NCBI RefSeq assembly: GCF_006345805.1
Contig: NC_043020.1
Span: 9,052,001-9,116,000 of the forward strand
Direction of reading: 5' to 3'
Source: Octopus sinensis
Taxonomy: Eukaryota
Length of the DNA: 64,000 nucleotides
The notes under the pieces are model-generated. The model worked only from the letters and a program-made list of their open reading frames with translations, did no database searches and had not been told where the DNA came from. A program made the position numbers and the translations under genes. Of the stretch, positions 60,686 to 64,000 are shown in pieces (the stretch's first letter is position 1; each line of letters opens with the position of its first letter).

Positions 60686-61186
60686 CTTCCCTTCTGCATT
60701 CAGATTACTTTGTCAAATGTAAATGTTTATTTATATTGGTTTGAATTAAACAGTGGAGGCGCGTAGCTTAGTGGTTAGGGTGTCAGCATCATGATCGTAA
60801 GATTGTGGTTTCGATTCCTGGACCGGGCGACGCGTTGTGTTCTTGAGCAAAACACTTTCATGTTGTTCCAGTCCACTCAGCTGGCAAAAATGAGTAACGC
60901 TGCGATGGACTGGCATAGCCATCCTGGTGGGGAACACATACACCACAGAAACCAGGAAATCGGGCCCATGAGCCTGGCTAGGCTTTAAAAGGGCGCATTT
61001 ATTTATTTTTTTATTATTTGAATTAAACATGGATTATCTTGTGGTTTAGAGATTTTGATGATGTGCTTGTTTAGTTTTACAAAGACATTGTAAGGTTGAG
61101 GCAAGAGGCCAGATCTGGCTGGTCTGAGCATAAAACAGGTTAAACATTTTGGTCAAATATGACCGGTTTGAATGCTAAAGAGTTAA
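60686..61186 (-). mobile_element. P1 MITE interrupted by SINE D (60753-61016, plus strand, 13-bp TSD)
   Basis: tttgaattaaaca at 60740-60752 and 61017-61029. Confidence 0.8.
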
Positions 61187-61194
61187 AGCTGCAG

Positions 61195-61590
61195 TGTCTG
61201 GCAACTGACTTGACAGACAACGACAAGATTATCCACCATCTTTCCCATGACAACTTTGGGCAGCTTTTAGAATTCCATATTATCTGACACTTGGGGACAT
61301 GCTTATAAAATCGAAAAACAACACAGCACCCGTGACTTTCGGAAACATTTTATTACGCTCAGAATTGCTGAAGCATGGAATAAGCTATCTGCATTAGTTG
61401 TTAGCAGTCGAGATACCAGATCCTTTAAAACATCCATGCTTCCTGAAATTCACCAACAATACACCTGATGCCCCCACTTTTTTTCTTTCTTAAATGACTC
61501 ACTTCCTCTGCATTATTCTAAGCATTTTTGGCTGCTTTTATTGGTAAATTGTGGTGCACCTAAACCCTGTATTTTTTTTCATTTGTACAT
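61195..61590 (+). pseudogene. CR1-clade LINE ORF2 C-terminus and 3' UTR
   Basis: DTWGHAYKIEKQHSTRDFRKHFITLRIAEAWNKLSALVVSSRDTRSFK, the TRGH...R..FF..RV...WN.LP...FK motif; stop 61466-61468. Confidence 0.8.
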
Positions 61591-63134
61591 GTGAGAGTTT
61601 GTGGTGTTGGTGGTGGTATTGGCTGTTTCTTTGTGGTTGGTTATGGACATTGTATGGTGGTGGTGGTGGTGGTTGTGGTACTTATTAAAACCCAGACATG
61701 TGTTGAAACAAGTGAAATTTCACAGCCCATTGCACAATCTATCACTTTCGTAATAGGATTATCTTCATTAAGTTATATGTTTACTTTAAGACCACAGATC
61801 ACACACTAAATCAACTTCGTCTGAGTTAACACATTCTTTGTAGTAGTAGTAGTAGTAGTCTTGCAACAGACTGTGTCTGAAGGGTGAGCAGTACGTAGGA
61901 TTTGTATCTGGTCAACACTTACTGTCCTGTTAACGTAGCCCAAGACACTTGACTTAAATCAGCCTTAATCATCCATTTTAATGCCATGACCCTCTCCCTC
62001 TGGATATCTCCACCTCTTCAATGGTGTCTGCTCCATTGGAACCCACTAAAGCAGGTCTTGGATCATCTCTGGTCTGAGAATAGCTTTCTTCCCTCTTCCC
62101 GCAGGTGTTGTAGGAGGAGGCCTTCCTGCAGGTCACGAATGCTGTTTTTCCATCTTCTTCATTATAAATAAAGTTGATCTGCACCATGACCACCACTAAC
62201 TACTGCTCCCATTATGTCTCTTGCACACATACGTGCACTACTCACGCTTGCTCACTCATGAGATGTGGATCCAAAAGACCATCATCCAACTCATTGGCAA
62301 CAATCCGCTCACCAACACATTACGACCTCTCTGGCCTGTGGCCGTGCTGTGTGTTTGTTTAGATGCCTCGTGTGTATGTATATCGAGTCAGGACATTGCC
62401 ATATGTGTACGTACACACACACGTGTGTATTGTGTGCATAGGTGTGTTTATTGTGGTTGCTTCCATTGAAAGTTCGGCCCATTGCTAATTAATCTGTTCT
62501 GTTGGTAACCGAAAGGATTAACTAATAAAAAAAAAAAATTATTCTCCCCTGTATGTAAAGTCTGGATTAATGATATAATCCCAACTGATTAAATCCTGCT
62601 AATTACCATCCATCCACATGTCCACTTGCTTGATATATCTATGTATGCACACACACACACACACACACACAGATGCACACGTGGGTGTATATATATATAT
62701 AGTGTGCACGTTTCTGGGCATGTGTGCCATGTGCCACCTAGATTCCTCATGCTTCATTGATTTTTGCTGATATAAGTCTCTCTCTCTCACACAAAATCAC
62801 ACGTGTCTACAATTTATTTTTGCTTTATTTCTTTTTAATTTGATTAAAAATTTGTTTTTTTTCGTGACCCCCCTCCCCCTCCCTCCATTCACTCTGTTTT
62901 TGATTTAAAAAAAGACTTTCTATTTTCCATATTTCGGTTTCTTTCTCTCCCACTTCTCACTCTCTCCCCTTCCCCTTCCTGTGCTTTTCTCTCCTTGTCT
63001 CCTGTACCCCCTCTCTTTCTCTCCCTCTTCCCAACCTATGCCAGCATTGAACATAGACATTAAATGATAATGATGATGATGATGATTTCTTTGAATTTTT
63101 GTGGTTTTTCTGTTCTTCCCTGTCTCTGAGTTCT

Positions 63135-63350
63135 TTAACCCCTTAATGTTTGGATTATTCTATCAAACATAATGCTTATTGATTCCCATTGATTTGTATT
63201 AATCATGCATTATCTCATATCTTCAAGATCTTGATGGTGTAATTACTTAATGTAGAATAACATTGTAGGGTAGGTGTGAGGGCCTGGATCTGGTCAGTTT
63301 GAACATAAAACAGATTAACTATATGGCCGGTTTAAATACTAAAGGGTTAA
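63135..63350 (-). mobile_element. P1 MITE
   Basis: TTAA termini. Confidence 0.85.
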
Positions 63351-64000
63351 ATTTTTCCAATTTCTATTTGTTTTTGTCATTTTTCATTTCTATTATAAAT
63401 TTCTCCTTATCTATGTGGGTTAGAATGGTCTTTAAATCTAACAATTGGCATAATTCTTTGTTGTTTTTATACTTTTTTTGCCTTAATAATTTGTAGGGGA
63501 ATGAATTTTCCCTTCTCACTCATCTCTAAAATTAATTCATTTCCCAGGAAAATTTGATTTTAGATAAGTTGAGTGGAGTGTCTTGCTCAAAGGTTGTGGT
63601 GCATAGAATTGGTAAATCATTTTTGGTATTTTGTATCTCTTTATGTTCAGAATTCAGATCTTCTTAGGTTGATAGGAACCGGGGTCAACATAGTCAGTGC
63701 ACTCCTTGTTCAGCAACTAAAACCAGTAAATGGAGCAGGAAAAAAAATAAATAAAAATAAAAACCGGTTTAACTGCAATGTGCAGAGATAAGAGCTTGAA
63801 TCTGCTGATGTTTGTTGTATGACTGACCACTATGACATAACAAGAAGATGGTAACCTCTGCTCAGTCATTCAACCTGCTAGAAAAGGCAGTGATATCTCC
63901 CTCAAATTACATCCATTCATCTTAAAATAAACATAAGGACACTAGAATGTTGCACCTTGGCTAGCATGTCTTTGGTCCTGGATGTCACCTGACCAGGTTG

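Noticed and set aside
55051-64000. Next RNF19 exon (expected S-P-S-G-C-T-F-W-G-K-K-P-W)
   Set aside because: Not found by reading the plus strand; it presumably lies beyond the window

Overview
AT-rich, microsatellite- and SINE-dense animal genomic DNA. The repeat families look like those of octopus (coleoid cephalopod); this assignment is an inference. One protein-coding gene is well supported: a + strand RNF19A/B-type (Dorfin) RBR E3 ubiquitin ligase. Three coding exons are present: 37343/37378-38189 (N-terminus, polyQ, RING1, start of IBR), 49216-49409 (IBR) and 54906-55050 (RING2). Splice sites are canonical and phase-compatible; the transmembrane-coding exons are not in the window. The rest is candidate 5'-UTR exons plus layered mobile-element debris: at least four tRNA-type SINE families, TTAA-type piggyBac MITEs, hAT MITEs, a Helitron and a Helentron-like fragment, mariner (DD34D) and maT (DD37D) transposase relics, RTE/CR1/CRE LINE tails and many minisatellites. 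The most notable object is at 25.8-27.7 kb: a non-coding ~492-494-nt tandem monomer carrying a complete type I hammerhead ribozyme on the minus strand (26944-27048). It has a Penelope-style 5' inverted copy and (TA)n flanks, i.e. a retrozyme-like element that could yield self-cleaving or circular RNA. A second, degenerate minimal hammerhead lies at 42209-42246. Most SINE boundaries are approximate (about +/-15 nt); family labels A-D, F and P1-P3 are my own working names.
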